A DNA stretch of 64,000 nucleotides from a virus. Its lineage: Duplodnaviria; Caudoviricetes. The stretch is taken from the IMG/VR virus record IMGVR_UViG_3300031992_000052, positions 31,164 to 95,163 of that record; one strand, 5' to 3'. The notes under the pieces are model-generated. The model was not told the DNA's origin. It worked only from the letters and a program-made list of their open reading frames with translations, and ran no database searches. Below are positions 20,384-28,376 of this stretch, in pieces (the first letter of the stretch is position 1; the number at the start of each line of letters is the position of its first letter). The translations under genes were made by a program, and so were the position numbers.

Positions 20384-21545
20384 CATCGTCAGCAAGGAGC
20401 ACGTTACTATAGAGGATATGTTCGATGCTTACCGCAACTGCCGCCGGCATAAGCGATGCAAGGACAGTGCCATTGAGTTTGAGCTGAACTACGAACTGAA
20501 CTGCTACGCACTCTACCAGCAGCTGAACAGCCAGGCCTACCAGCCCGGTACGTCGGTCACGTTCTGTGTGACGCGGCCAAAGCTGCGTGAGGTGTTCGCC
20601 GCCATGTTCCGCGACCGCGTGGTACACACGCTGCTGATGATGCGCACGGAGGCAGCCGTGGAATGCAGGCTTACCGACTGTGCCTGTGCCTGCCGCAAGG
20701 GAAAGGGCACGCACTACGCCGTCAGAAGACTGAAAGACATGCTAATGATGGCTCCGGATGGATGGACGGTAAAATGCGACATCAGCGGCTTCTTTATGGC
20801 CATCGACAAGCGCGTGCTGCTGCCCCTGTGGGAGGATGTGGTCAGAGAGGCGTGCCCTGACGATACCGACTGGTGGCTGTGGCTGACGAGGACGGTTATC
20901 ATGCACAGGCCGGAGCACGACTGTGAGATGCACGGCAACAGAAACCTGTGGAAGCGGCTGCCAGACAACAAGACACTGTTCCGTACCAACGGGCTGGGTA
21001 TGCCAATAGGCAACCTGCCCAGCCAGATTTCAGCCAACCTGTATCTTGCGGAGTTTGACAGGCAGATGACGGTGTGGCTTGGCGGCGAGATGCGCTACGT
21101 GCGCTATGCCGACGACTTTGTGATGGTACACCCCGACAGGCACGTACTGCTGCGGGTGCTGTCGCAGGCTCGCGAATGGCTGAGAGAGCACCGCAGGCTG
21201 GAGCTGCACCCGAAGAAAGTGACCATACAGCCCGTTAGCCGTGGCGTGAACTTCTTAGGCTCGTTTGTGAGAGGCGGTATTGTCACGCCCGGCAAGAGGC
21301 TGCGTGGCAATGCGCTGAGAGTGGCCGACGAGTGGGCAATGGCAGGCACACACACCGACGAAGAACGCCTGCGTGTATGCCGCCAATGGAACAGCTATGC
21401 AGGTCTGCTGCGACAGTACGACTCCTACAGAATACGGCGCAGTATGTGGCGGCGGATGGGAGATTACGAGGGCTTGAATTGTATTAACATGAATAAGATA
21501 GTATTAACCAATAAAAACAAAAATCATTATGAGACAGTTTGTTAA
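20301..21545 (+). CDS. DGR reverse transcriptase (start uncertain: 20301, 20331 or 20418)
   Basis: FRDRVVH, KCDISGFF, GMPIGNLPSQ, YVRYADDF and GVNFLG motifs. Confidence 0.95.
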   Translation: MPTTPGTGLRVPTTTTRTTATLSFPSSRIVSKEHVTIEDMFDAYRNCRRHKRCKDSAIEFELNYELNCYALYQQLNSQAYQPGTSVTFCVTRPKLREVFAAMFRDRVVHTLLMMRTEAAVECRLTDCACACRKGKGTHYAVRRLKDMLMMAPDGWTVKCDISGFFMAIDKRVLLPLWEDVVREACPDDTDWWLWLTRTVIMHRPEHDCEMHGNRNLWKRLPDNKTLFRTNGLGMPIGNLPSQISANLYLAEFDRQMTVWLGGEMRYVRYADDFVMVHPDRHVLLRVLSQAREWLREHRRLELHPKKVTIQPVSRGVNFLGSFVRGGIVTPGKRLRGNALRVADEWAMAGTHTDEERLRVCRQWNSYAGLLRQYDSYRIRRSMWRRMGDYEGLNCINMNKIVLTNKNKNHYETVC

Positions 21546-22143
21546 AAGTGTCGTACCTGCCGAGGGGTACGAGGAAGTGAAGAAAGTAGGCAGCAAGTAT
21601 GTGGTACATCTGGAGGGTGTTCCGTCGGGAGAAGCCGATGGTACTACGGCCTGCTGGGAAACAATGACCGACGGGGAGCCTGATATGGCTGCTCTGACGG
21701 AAGAGCTACAGGCATGGAAAGCCCACGTCGCAGAACTGGAGCTTACGTCTGCCGTATCGTCCAAGCAGCGCGAGATCCTGTCCTATGACAGTTCGCCATC
21801 CGTAAACAGCTTCGAGATTCGGCGTAACGGCGAGAAGATGATGGACTACTGGATAGGCCGTGACCTGCGTACCTCGCTGGAGGGCGACGTGCTGGCAGCA
21901 TCGGCCATCGGTGACACCTACAAGTTCGATATCCGCGAGCTGGGTATCACGCTGGAGCTGAACTGCACTAAGTTCTTGGCCGCCCTTACACACCTACGCC
22001 AGTATGCCTACCAGGCTTTCAATGTCACCAGCCTTCACCTGGCTAACGTGGGCCAGCTTACTACTGTAGAAGCCGTGCAGGGGTATGACTTCACCACAGG
22101 CTATCCCGCAAAGCTGGTGTTTAATCTTGAGGAGCTGACCTAA
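21529..22143 (+). CDS. DUF4376-like tail-fibre-associated protein
   Basis: YDSSPSVNSF ... YA.QAFNVT..H...V..L.TVEAV..YDFTTGYP.KL pattern. Confidence 0.7.
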   Translation: MRQFVKSVVPAEGYEEVKKVGSKYVVHLEGVPSGEADGTTACWETMTDGEPDMAALTEELQAWKAHVAELELTSAVSSKQREILSYDSSPSVNSFEIRRNGEKMMDYWIGRDLRTSLEGDVLAASAIGDTYKFDIRELGITLELNCTKFLAALTHLRQYAYQAFNVTSLHLANVGQLTTVEAVQGYDFTTGYPAKLVFNLEELT

Positions 22144-22156
22144 AAAAAGGAATGGT

Positions 22157-22258
22157 ATGAAAGATGTAATGTTCGCCGGGATGGGCATGATGTATATGCT
22201 CTCCGTCATCGTCATAGCACAGTCCCGTCTGTTGCGATACCATCGCAACAATCCCTAA
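22157..22258 (+). CDS. 33-aa hydrophobic peptide
   Basis: manual translation MKDVMFAGMGMMYMLSVIVIAQSRLLRYHRNNP; below the ORF-track cut-off. Confidence 0.4.
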   Translation: MKDVMFAGMGMMYMLSVIVIAQSRLLRYHRNNP

Positions 22259-22284
22259 TACTCTCCCCTCGGGGACGAGAGTAT

Positions 22285-22448
22285 AAAAAAGGTCCCCGAA
22301 CAACTTTTCTTCATTATGTAGCATCTGACCTCTAATAATATAGCCGCTTACGACAGCAAGTTGCCCGGGGACTAAATTGTCACCCTCGTACCGCTGCCGT
22401 AAAGCGTTTGTGCTATATCAATATAGAGGTCAGATGGGTGCAAAGGTA
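22285..22448 (-). ncRNA. candidate structured small RNA with its own -7 promoter
   Basis: TACCTTTG at 22448-22441, 13-bp perfect stem 22322-22334/22424-22436 with nested stems, U6 tail at 22290-22285. Confidence 0.55.
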
Positions 22449-22482
22449 ATAAGAATATTTTAATCTTTAACATTTTTGCACG

Positions 22483-22722
22483 ATGAAAAGAATAGATTTA
22501 GTGGAATTTAACAAGGAACTGCTTCAAAAGTTGAACGAAGCGGGCATCCGATTGGAGGATTACAAGTATTGCGACTTATACCGCGACTACCTTGAATTAT
22601 CAAAAACGATGGTCACTCGCAAGGCAGTTATCCTGACGCTGGCCGAGCGTCATCATATCAGCGACAGACAAGTTTATAACATCTTGCACCACCTTGAAAT
22701 GTCAGTAAACAGAAGACATTGA
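22483..22722 (+). CDS. small HTH DNA-binding protein
   Basis: C-terminal LAERHHISDRQVYNIL helix-turn-helix. Confidence 0.7.
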   Translation: MKRIDLVEFNKELLQKLNEAGIRLEDYKYCDLYRDYLELSKTMVTRKAVILTLAERHHISDRQVYNILHHLEMSVNRRH

Positions 22723-22798
22723 AACCGCCACTTCACGGATGAACCGTAGGCTTCGGGTGATATGCTTTCATTCACTTCATAATCAAGTGATTAGTGAA

Positions 22799-22806
22799 TA
22801 ACTTTG
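22799..22806 (+). promoter_or_regulatory. Bacteroidetes -7 promoter element
   Basis: TAACTTTG, 75 nt upstream of ATG 22882. Confidence 0.55.
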
Positions 22807-22881
22807 CCCGTGGGTTCGGATTTCCCGACCCGCGAGTTAATTCACATTATTATTCACAACCAACACAAACACTTTACAACA

Positions 22882-23961
22882 ATGAGTGACATGAAAGTTT
22901 TCTCTATTCCCGACTCGAACGGCGGCAATGGAGGTAATGCGCTTGCCAACGGCATCGTGCCCTTCATGCTCGGTGCGGGCATGAGCGGTGGTCTCGGTGG
23001 CTTCGGCTTCGGTGGCTACGGTGGCTACAACATGATGAACATGAACAACATCACTGAGTTGTTCGCCATGGGCATCCTGGCCAGCATGTTCGGCTGGAAC
23101 GGCAACGGCGGCTTCGGCGGCATGGGTGGAGCCAACGGCGTAGGATTCCTTGCCAACCAGTTGAACAACGACAACGGGCGTGACCTCATCATGCAGGCCG
23201 TCACTTCGCAGGGCGAACAGGCACGCACGGCCACCCAGACGCTGAGCACCATGCTCGGTCAGGACTTCAACCTCGTCAACAGCGGCATCCAGCTCATCCA
23301 GAGCTCGCTGTCAAGCATCGCTGCCCAGCAGGGCATGACCCCGCTGCAGATCATCAACAGCATCCAGGCAGGCAACGCAGCCCTGAGCCAGCAGCTCTGT
23401 CAGTGCTGCTGCGACAACAAGTTCGCTATCGCCGAACAGACCTCGCAGCTCCAACAGGGCATGAACACTGGCTTCAACGGTGTGCAGATGGGGCTGAACC
23501 AGGGCTTCAACGGTGTGGAGCGCGGACTCTCTGGCATCCAGACGCAGATGGCGCTCAACGCAGGCAAGGACGAGCTGGCCACCTGTCAGCAGACCTACAC
23601 CCTCACCGACGGCGCCAACCGCAATACGCAGGCCGTTCTGGCCAAGCTCGACGCCATGCAGACCCAGGCACTGCAGGACAAACTCGATGCTGCCCGCGAG
23701 AAGAACACGCAGCTGGCCGGCGAGATTTCGCAACTGAACCAGAACCAGTACATCGCTGGTGTGGTCGGTCAGACGATGGCTCCCGTAAACGCACAACTCG
23801 CAGCCCTGAACAAGGAGGTGGACGATATCAAGTGCAAGCTGCCTAACACGGTGAACGTGCAGTACCCGAACCTGGTGGCTGTCAACGCTACGCCCTACGT
23901 CAGCGGCGGCATCTATCCTAACGGAATGTTTGGCGGCTACGGCGGTAACTACGGTTTCTAA
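22882..23961 (+). CDS. Gly/Asn/Gln-rich protein with hydrophobic N-terminus, CQCCC motif and coiled coil
   Basis: 359 aa from ATG 22882; phage-like codon usage; function unknown. Confidence 0.85.
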   Translation: MSDMKVFSIPDSNGGNGGNALANGIVPFMLGAGMSGGLGGFGFGGYGGYNMMNMNNITELFAMGILASMFGWNGNGGFGGMGGANGVGFLANQLNNDNGRDLIMQAVTSQGEQARTATQTLSTMLGQDFNLVNSGIQLIQSSLSSIAAQQGMTPLQIINSIQAGNAALSQQLCQCCCDNKFAIAEQTSQLQQGMNTGFNGVQMGLNQGFNGVERGLSGIQTQMALNAGKDELATCQQTYTLTDGANRNTQAVLAKLDAMQTQALQDKLDAAREKNTQLAGEISQLNQNQYIAGVVGQTMAPVNAQLAALNKEVDDIKCKLPNTVNVQYPNLVAVNATPYVSGGIYPNGMFGGYGGNYGF

Positions 23962-23977
23962 CGGAAGGAGGTGAGCT

Positions 23978-24322
23978 ATGGCATGTAACATTAACATTCC
24001 AACTAATCAGGGCGGCATACCATACCTGCAGTCCACCAACACCACCGTTGGCACAACGGCTGTAGACATCGCCCTCGGCTTCAACCGCCGACCGCTGCCG
24101 CCCGTGGGTTACTTCACCGTGCGTCTCACCGATGCCATCCCTGCCGGAACCACGACCACGCTGCCCGTCACGCTGACCCGCAACGGCCAGACACGCCAGC
24201 TCACGCTCTTTGACGGCACGCCCGTCACGGTGGCTGAGCTGATTGGCGGCACCGGCGTGTTCCTCGTGTTCAACGACGCAGGCAATGGCATCCTCCAACT
24301 GATGAGCCGCACCGTCGTCTAA
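23978..24322 (+). CDS. hypothetical beta-rich protein
   Basis: 114 aa with GGAGG upstream. Confidence 0.75.
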   Translation: MACNINIPTNQGGIPYLQSTNTTVGTTAVDIALGFNRRPLPPVGYFTVRLTDAIPAGTTTTLPVTLTRNGQTRQLTLFDGTPVTVAELIGGTGVFLVFNDAGNGILQLMSRTVV

Positions 24323-24385
24323 TCTTCCGCAGGCTGCGGAAACTCCGCAGCCTGCTATTAACCAACACAAAAAAAGTAAAACAAC

Positions 24386-24943
24386 ATGGATTTCCAAAGT
24401 CTAAAGCAGGGTTCTCCCATCTATATCCTTCAGGAAGGCGGCACCGAACCACAACTTACCGTTGCAACGGTGGCCAACAAGCCAGAACCAAAGCCAATGT
24501 ATATGACACAGACACCTGGTGCAACGCCCGGTATCTATGCCGGCACGAACATGATGCAGCCCGTCGTGGAGATTGTGGTCCACATGGGTAATGAGGACGT
24601 CCCGTTCTCCAACCTTTCTCCGACAGCTTCGACAGCCACGTACAACAACGGACAGACTACTATCAGTTGCACGACTGAAGGCATGCTGCCCGCCGTCGAT
24701 GCAATGATGCAGAAGGCCAGAAAGCGCATCGAGGAACGGCCCTACGACGATGCGGTGATGGCGAAAGGTAAAGAGTTCCTGATGTCGCTCAACCCCCGCT
24801 ATAAAGAGGAGGAAGAGCAGAAGCAGGACATCGCCAACCTGAAAGGACAGATGGGCGACGTGGTAAACACCATGAACACCATGATGTCCATGATGCAGGA
24901 TCTTAACAAGAAGATTTCCGGCACCTCGCCGAAGGGCAAGTAG
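24386..24943 (+). CDS. hypothetical protein with Met-rich C-terminal coiled coil
   Basis: 185-aa ORF with A-rich leader. Confidence 0.8.
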   Translation: MDFQSLKQGSPIYILQEGGTEPQLTVATVANKPEPKPMYMTQTPGATPGIYAGTNMMQPVVEIVVHMGNEDVPFSNLSPTASTATYNNGQTTISCTTEGMLPAVDAMMQKARKRIEERPYDDAVMAKGKEFLMSLNPRYKEEEEQKQDIANLKGQMGDVVNTMNTMMSMMQDLNKKISGTSPKGK

Positions 24944-25006
24944 AAGTCCGTGTGCCGTGCGGTTCTGCCGCACGGATAGTAATAACCCTTTAATTCAGCA
25001 ACGACT

Positions 25007-25345
25007 ATGATTTTCGGAATAGAATTTCGTGACGAGCAAGACAAGCGCGAGCTCGTCGAACTGGCACAGACAGCCAAGGAAAACGTCTGTGACCTGTGGG
25101 AGAAGTTGGCCGAGCACATTCCCGAGCTCCAGCAGATCCAGGAGCGTGGTGGCCGCTATCGCGGCGGCTACGGCATGGGATGGCAGGGCAATGTTGGCTA
25201 CCGTAACTACGGTGGCGGTACCAACTACCGCGAAGGCTATCCTCAGCACATGATGGGTGGCTATGACCCAGCTATGGGAGGCTACGGCCCAACGTTCCGC
25301 GAGAACCCCGCCTATACCGGCGGCGGTGACCGTCGCGGTTACTAA
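25007..25345 (+). CDS. hypothetical protein with G/Y/R-rich low-complexity tail
   Basis: 112 aa; RGGRYRGGYG..YGGG. Confidence 0.75.
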   Translation: MIFGIEFRDEQDKRELVELAQTAKENVCDLWEKLAEHIPELQQIQERGGRYRGGYGMGWQGNVGYRNYGGGTNYREGYPQHMMGGYDPAMGGYGPTFRENPAYTGGGDRRGY

Positions 25346-25355
25346 TTCTCCCCTT

Positions 25356-25416
25356 GGGCGGGTGCCGGTGCCCGGCGTTTCTCCGCCGGGACAATCCCGC
25401 CGCCCGCCCGTTTTTA
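25356..25416 (+). terminator. GC-rich stem followed by a T tract
   Basis: GGGCGGG...CCCGCCC-GTTTTT. Confidence 0.5.
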
Positions 25417-25470
25417 TTATCCTAATGTCCCGTATGCTGCGCATTGTCGCAGTCCTAAAAAAGAAAGAAT

Positions 25471-25881
25471 ATGCACCAGTACGATATAATTCCAGAGGAG
25501 CTTAGAAAGTATCTCGCTCAGTTTGGTAAACACTTCAATAAAAAGCTCTGCGACTATGCCGTCTCCCTCATGATGAAGGCCGGCCCCGACGGCAAGCCCG
25601 TCCGCATCACCCCAATGACTCGCGAGGAAGTAGAAACTCTCCTGAAAACCCACGGCGTAGAACTGAAGAACAACGTCCTCTACGATCACGTGTTCGTCGC
25701 CAACATGGTAAAGTCCGACCAGCTCGGCTCCAGTATCGTCGACGCGAAGCATCACGCCCTCGCCATCAAAGACTACATCGACGATGTAGACAAGGCCGAA
25801 GGCTATCTCTTCGACCGCTGGATGTCAGACCTCTGTGGTCTCGGCCCCCATTACCTCCCATACTGGGAAGACATGATTTAA
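25471..25881 (+). CDS. conserved-type hypothetical phage protein
   Basis: 136 aa; GKHFNKKLCDYAVSLM..YDHVFVANMVKSD..WEDMI. Confidence 0.8.
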   Translation: MHQYDIIPEELRKYLAQFGKHFNKKLCDYAVSLMMKAGPDGKPVRITPMTREEVETLLKTHGVELKNNVLYDHVFVANMVKSDQLGSSIVDAKHHALAIKDYIDDVDKAEGYLFDRWMSDLCGLGPHYLPYWEDMI

Positions 25882-25920
25882 CGTTCAGTAAACGGCGGTA
25901 GTACCGCCGCCCCATTCACT

Positions 25921-26316
25921 ATGACCCGCGACTACTTAGACATAGACCGTCATTGGGGCATTCTTGCCTATTATGACGTCATCCCCTCCGACTTCGACCA
26001 GCTCGGCCCAATCCTCCGTGAGTTCTCCTGCCCCGAACAGGAGATAGAGAAAGCATGGCAAACCATCCACTACACCAACAAGGCATTCATTTTTAATGTC
26101 CCCTGGGCACGCATGTCCGTCCTTGTTGTCGGTCACGTCACTCACCCCTCGCAGTTCCTCAACTCCCTTCTGCACGAATTTGACCACCTGCAGGACGCCA
26201 TCCTGAAATACTACGACGTACCCCACGGTACCGAAGACGCAGCCTACCTCCAGGGCTACCTCGGTCAGGTGGCCTACGACGGCATCCTGCCGCTCATCTG
26301 TCCCGTCTGCCCTTGA
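25921..26316 (+). CDS. HExxH-motif putative metallopeptidase
   Basis: LLHEFDHL followed by EDAAYLQGY. Confidence 0.65.
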   Translation: MTRDYLDIDRHWGILAYYDVIPSDFDQLGPILREFSCPEQEIEKAWQTIHYTNKAFIFNVPWARMSVLVVGHVTHPSQFLNSLLHEFDHLQDAILKYYDVPHGTEDAAYLQGYLGQVAYDGILPLICPVCP

Positions 26317-26355
26317 TTTCCGTCCCGTAGTTTGCGATATTATCGCAAAAACGAT

Positions 26356-26859
26356 ATGACCAACTGCAAAGAATTTGTCCTCGACGACATTATGGCAATC
26401 TGTGCCATCCCCGTAACCGATTTCAATCCCGGCTTCTCTGGTTGGCAATTGCAGCCAGTCATCGCCGTAGCCGCTTTCTCCCCTACTCTAACCCGCGCCA
26501 TCACCATCGGCCAGCAGGCCGCCACCACCGGCGGCATCCTAATCCCCATCATGCGCCTCACGGGCAAGGCCAAAGACGACGAAAGCGACCAAACTGCTGG
26601 CCGCTTACATAAGGTGACAGTAAACTGTCAGATAGACGACCGAGACATGAGTGCCGATGGGAACGGGATGACCGTCCTTGATCATCTGCTCACGCTGGAA
26701 CGCACCCCCAGCCATCTGCGGCTCACCTTCCGCGACCAGAGCCGCGCCTTCGTGCAAGCCAGCAAAGACACCTACCTCTGCACCGTCGACCGTGACGGTG
26801 CAAAGACCTCCGTGCAGTTCCGCATCGAATGCCTGATGGGTATTCAGATGCTTGTCTGA
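26356..26859 (+). CDS. hypothetical, probably virion protein
   Basis: 167 aa preceded by a GCCCTTGA motif. Confidence 0.6.
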   Translation: MTNCKEFVLDDIMAICAIPVTDFNPGFSGWQLQPVIAVAAFSPTLTRAITIGQQAATTGGILIPIMRLTGKAKDDESDQTAGRLHKVTVNCQIDDRDMSADGNGMTVLDHLLTLERTPSHLRLTFRDQSRAFVQASKDTYLCTVDRDGAKTSVQFRIECLMGIQMLV

Positions 26860-26861
26860 GT

Positions 26862-27563
26862 CTATCGGCTGAAGCGCATCCGTTTAGTAGAGTCGCCATC
26901 TGCGCGTCTCGCCATCGGCGGTGCGACGGGCAGTGTCTTAGCAGTATCTTTAGCCACAGAGCCCGCCGCTTCATCGGCGGGCTGACCGTTCTCCTCCGTT
27001 TCTACAGTTTCAGGCATATTTCCGCCTTCTGCCTTGGGTGCATTCTCCACCATCCCCTTGTACTTCGTCCACAGCCCATCCACGTCCTCGCGCTTGCCGT
27101 AAGCCGTGGCCGTGAAGTGCCGCCCGTAGCGCATGTTCACAGGTCCCTCGATGGCGAAGTCTGGCAGCAGTATCGCCGTCGCGTCTTGCTGAATGTCATG
27201 CAGCACCAGCCGCTCTCCGTAGGGATTGTCTTTCTGCCACGCCGAGGCATCAGGAGAAACAGCCTCCGACAGGTCGCTGACGATGGTCAGGCGGGCTATC
27301 ACGTTCACGTTTCCGCAACCGTCCATGCGTGCCCACTGTTTCCGCATCCATGTGGCGATAATCTCTGCCGCCTGGTCGGGCAGCGACGGGGCGGATATCA
27401 GCATCTCCGCGTTGCTGTAGCGTGTAAGCAGGGCAGGCAGCAGTTCCGTCAGGCTCAGGTCGCCATAGCCTTCCATCTGCGCCGTACCTTCCTTTTCCAG
27501 TATGTTGCGCAGCTCGCGCAGTTGTTTCTGTGCGCAACAAGGTTCTATCAGTTTCGTAACCAT
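26862..27563 (-). CDS. hypothetical protein
   Basis: 233-aa ORF at the end of the capsid operon. Confidence 0.7.
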   Translation of the reverse strand: MVTKLIEPCCAQKQLRELRNILEKEGTAQMEGYGDLSLTELLPALLTRYSNAEMLISAPSLPDQAAEIIATWMRKQWARMDGCGNVNVIARLTIVSDLSEAVSPDASAWQKDNPYGERLVLHDIQQDATAILLPDFAIEGPVNMRYGRHFTATAYGKREDVDGLWTKYKGMVENAPKAEGGNMPETVETEENGQPADEAAGSVAKDTAKTLPVAPPMARRADGDSTKRMRFSR

Positions 27564-27602
27564 AACTCTTAATTCTTAACCATTAGCTCTTAACTAAAAA
27601 GA

Positions 27603-27638
27603 CAAGGCTCCGGCTCACGTTCGGGAGCCAGAGCCTTG
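27603..27638. terminator. stem-loop downstream of the tail-tube-like gene
   Basis: CAAGGCTC.GGCTC..GAGCC.GAGCCTTG. Confidence 0.45.
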
Positions 27639-27669
27639 CATTGCATGTGAGAGAATCAGGCAGTGACGC

Positions 27670-28233
27670 TTATGCGGCATCGGCCTGGTTGATGACACCG
27701 TACCACTTGGTTACAGGATATTTCATGTAACCGCAGGAAACCGTGAAGGTCTGTCCATGATCGTCGGTGCGTGCCGTGCCCGAATCGAAGGTCACCTGAA
27801 TCTCGGCCTCGCCGTTCTCGTTGCCGATGACGATATACTCGTCGAGGAACGTGCCCTCGGTTGTGCCTGCCTTCTTGTTGCCGGTGGCAACGAAGTAGAG
27901 GTTCTTGTCAGAGTTGTGCAGCACGCGAGCGGTGAAGGCCATGTCGTCCTCACTCATCTCCACACGACCAGTGGTCGATCCGGTCCAGCCCTTGCCGGTA
28001 CCGTTGTCCTCACTCGTCACCTGACCCGTCTGCGACTTGTAGTCGATGCGGTAGCCCTGCAGGGCATCCTGATTAGTGGGCAGAGTGATATTGTACTGGT
28101 TCTTCGCGTCGTCAGCCACGATAGAACCGACATTAGCCAGAGGCACGACAAACATGTGGTTGCTCACGCCTGAAGGGTTCTCCTGGCAGCTGGCGCTGCT
28201 GAGAACGCTCTTGGGAATACATGATAATGGCAT
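27670..28233 (-). CDS. putative major tail (tube) protein
   Basis: 187 aa; C.ENPSG, Q.TSE..G.GKG and FDSGTA..DD.G.TFTV motifs; follows the capsid gene. Confidence 0.5.
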   Translation of the reverse strand: MPLSCIPKSVLSSASCQENPSGVSNHMFVVPLANVGSIVADDAKNQYNITLPTNQDALQGYRIDYKSQTGQVTSEDNGTGKGWTGSTTGRVEMSEDDMAFTARVLHNSDKNLYFVATGNKKAGTTEGTFLDEYIVIGNENGEAEIQVTFDSGTARTDDHGQTFTVSCGYMKYPVTKWYGVINQADAA

Positions 28234-28376
28234 AATCGTTATAAATTTTGTGTTTGTGTTGGTTTTGTGTTCAGTATGCTGCCGTATCACGGCAGCGTTA
28301 GAGAGGAAATCAGAGGGCGGCAGCGCAGGCGGCGATATGACTACTTACCCGCGCCGCCGCAGCACCCCCGATGGGT

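Larger units (their letters stand above)
15796..21545 (+). mobile_element. diversity-generating retroelement with two tandem targets
   Basis: target1(VR1)-target2(VR2)-avd-TR-RT. Confidence 0.95.

Noticed and set aside
20258-20452. 64-aa ORF resembling the target C-termini (third target?)
   Set aside because: It is simply the TR read in the VR frame.
20301-21545. Group II intron or retron RT
   Set aside because: Flanked by avd and TR/VR and has the DGR-type GMPIGNLPSQ motif; no intron domain V/VI or msr-msd seen.
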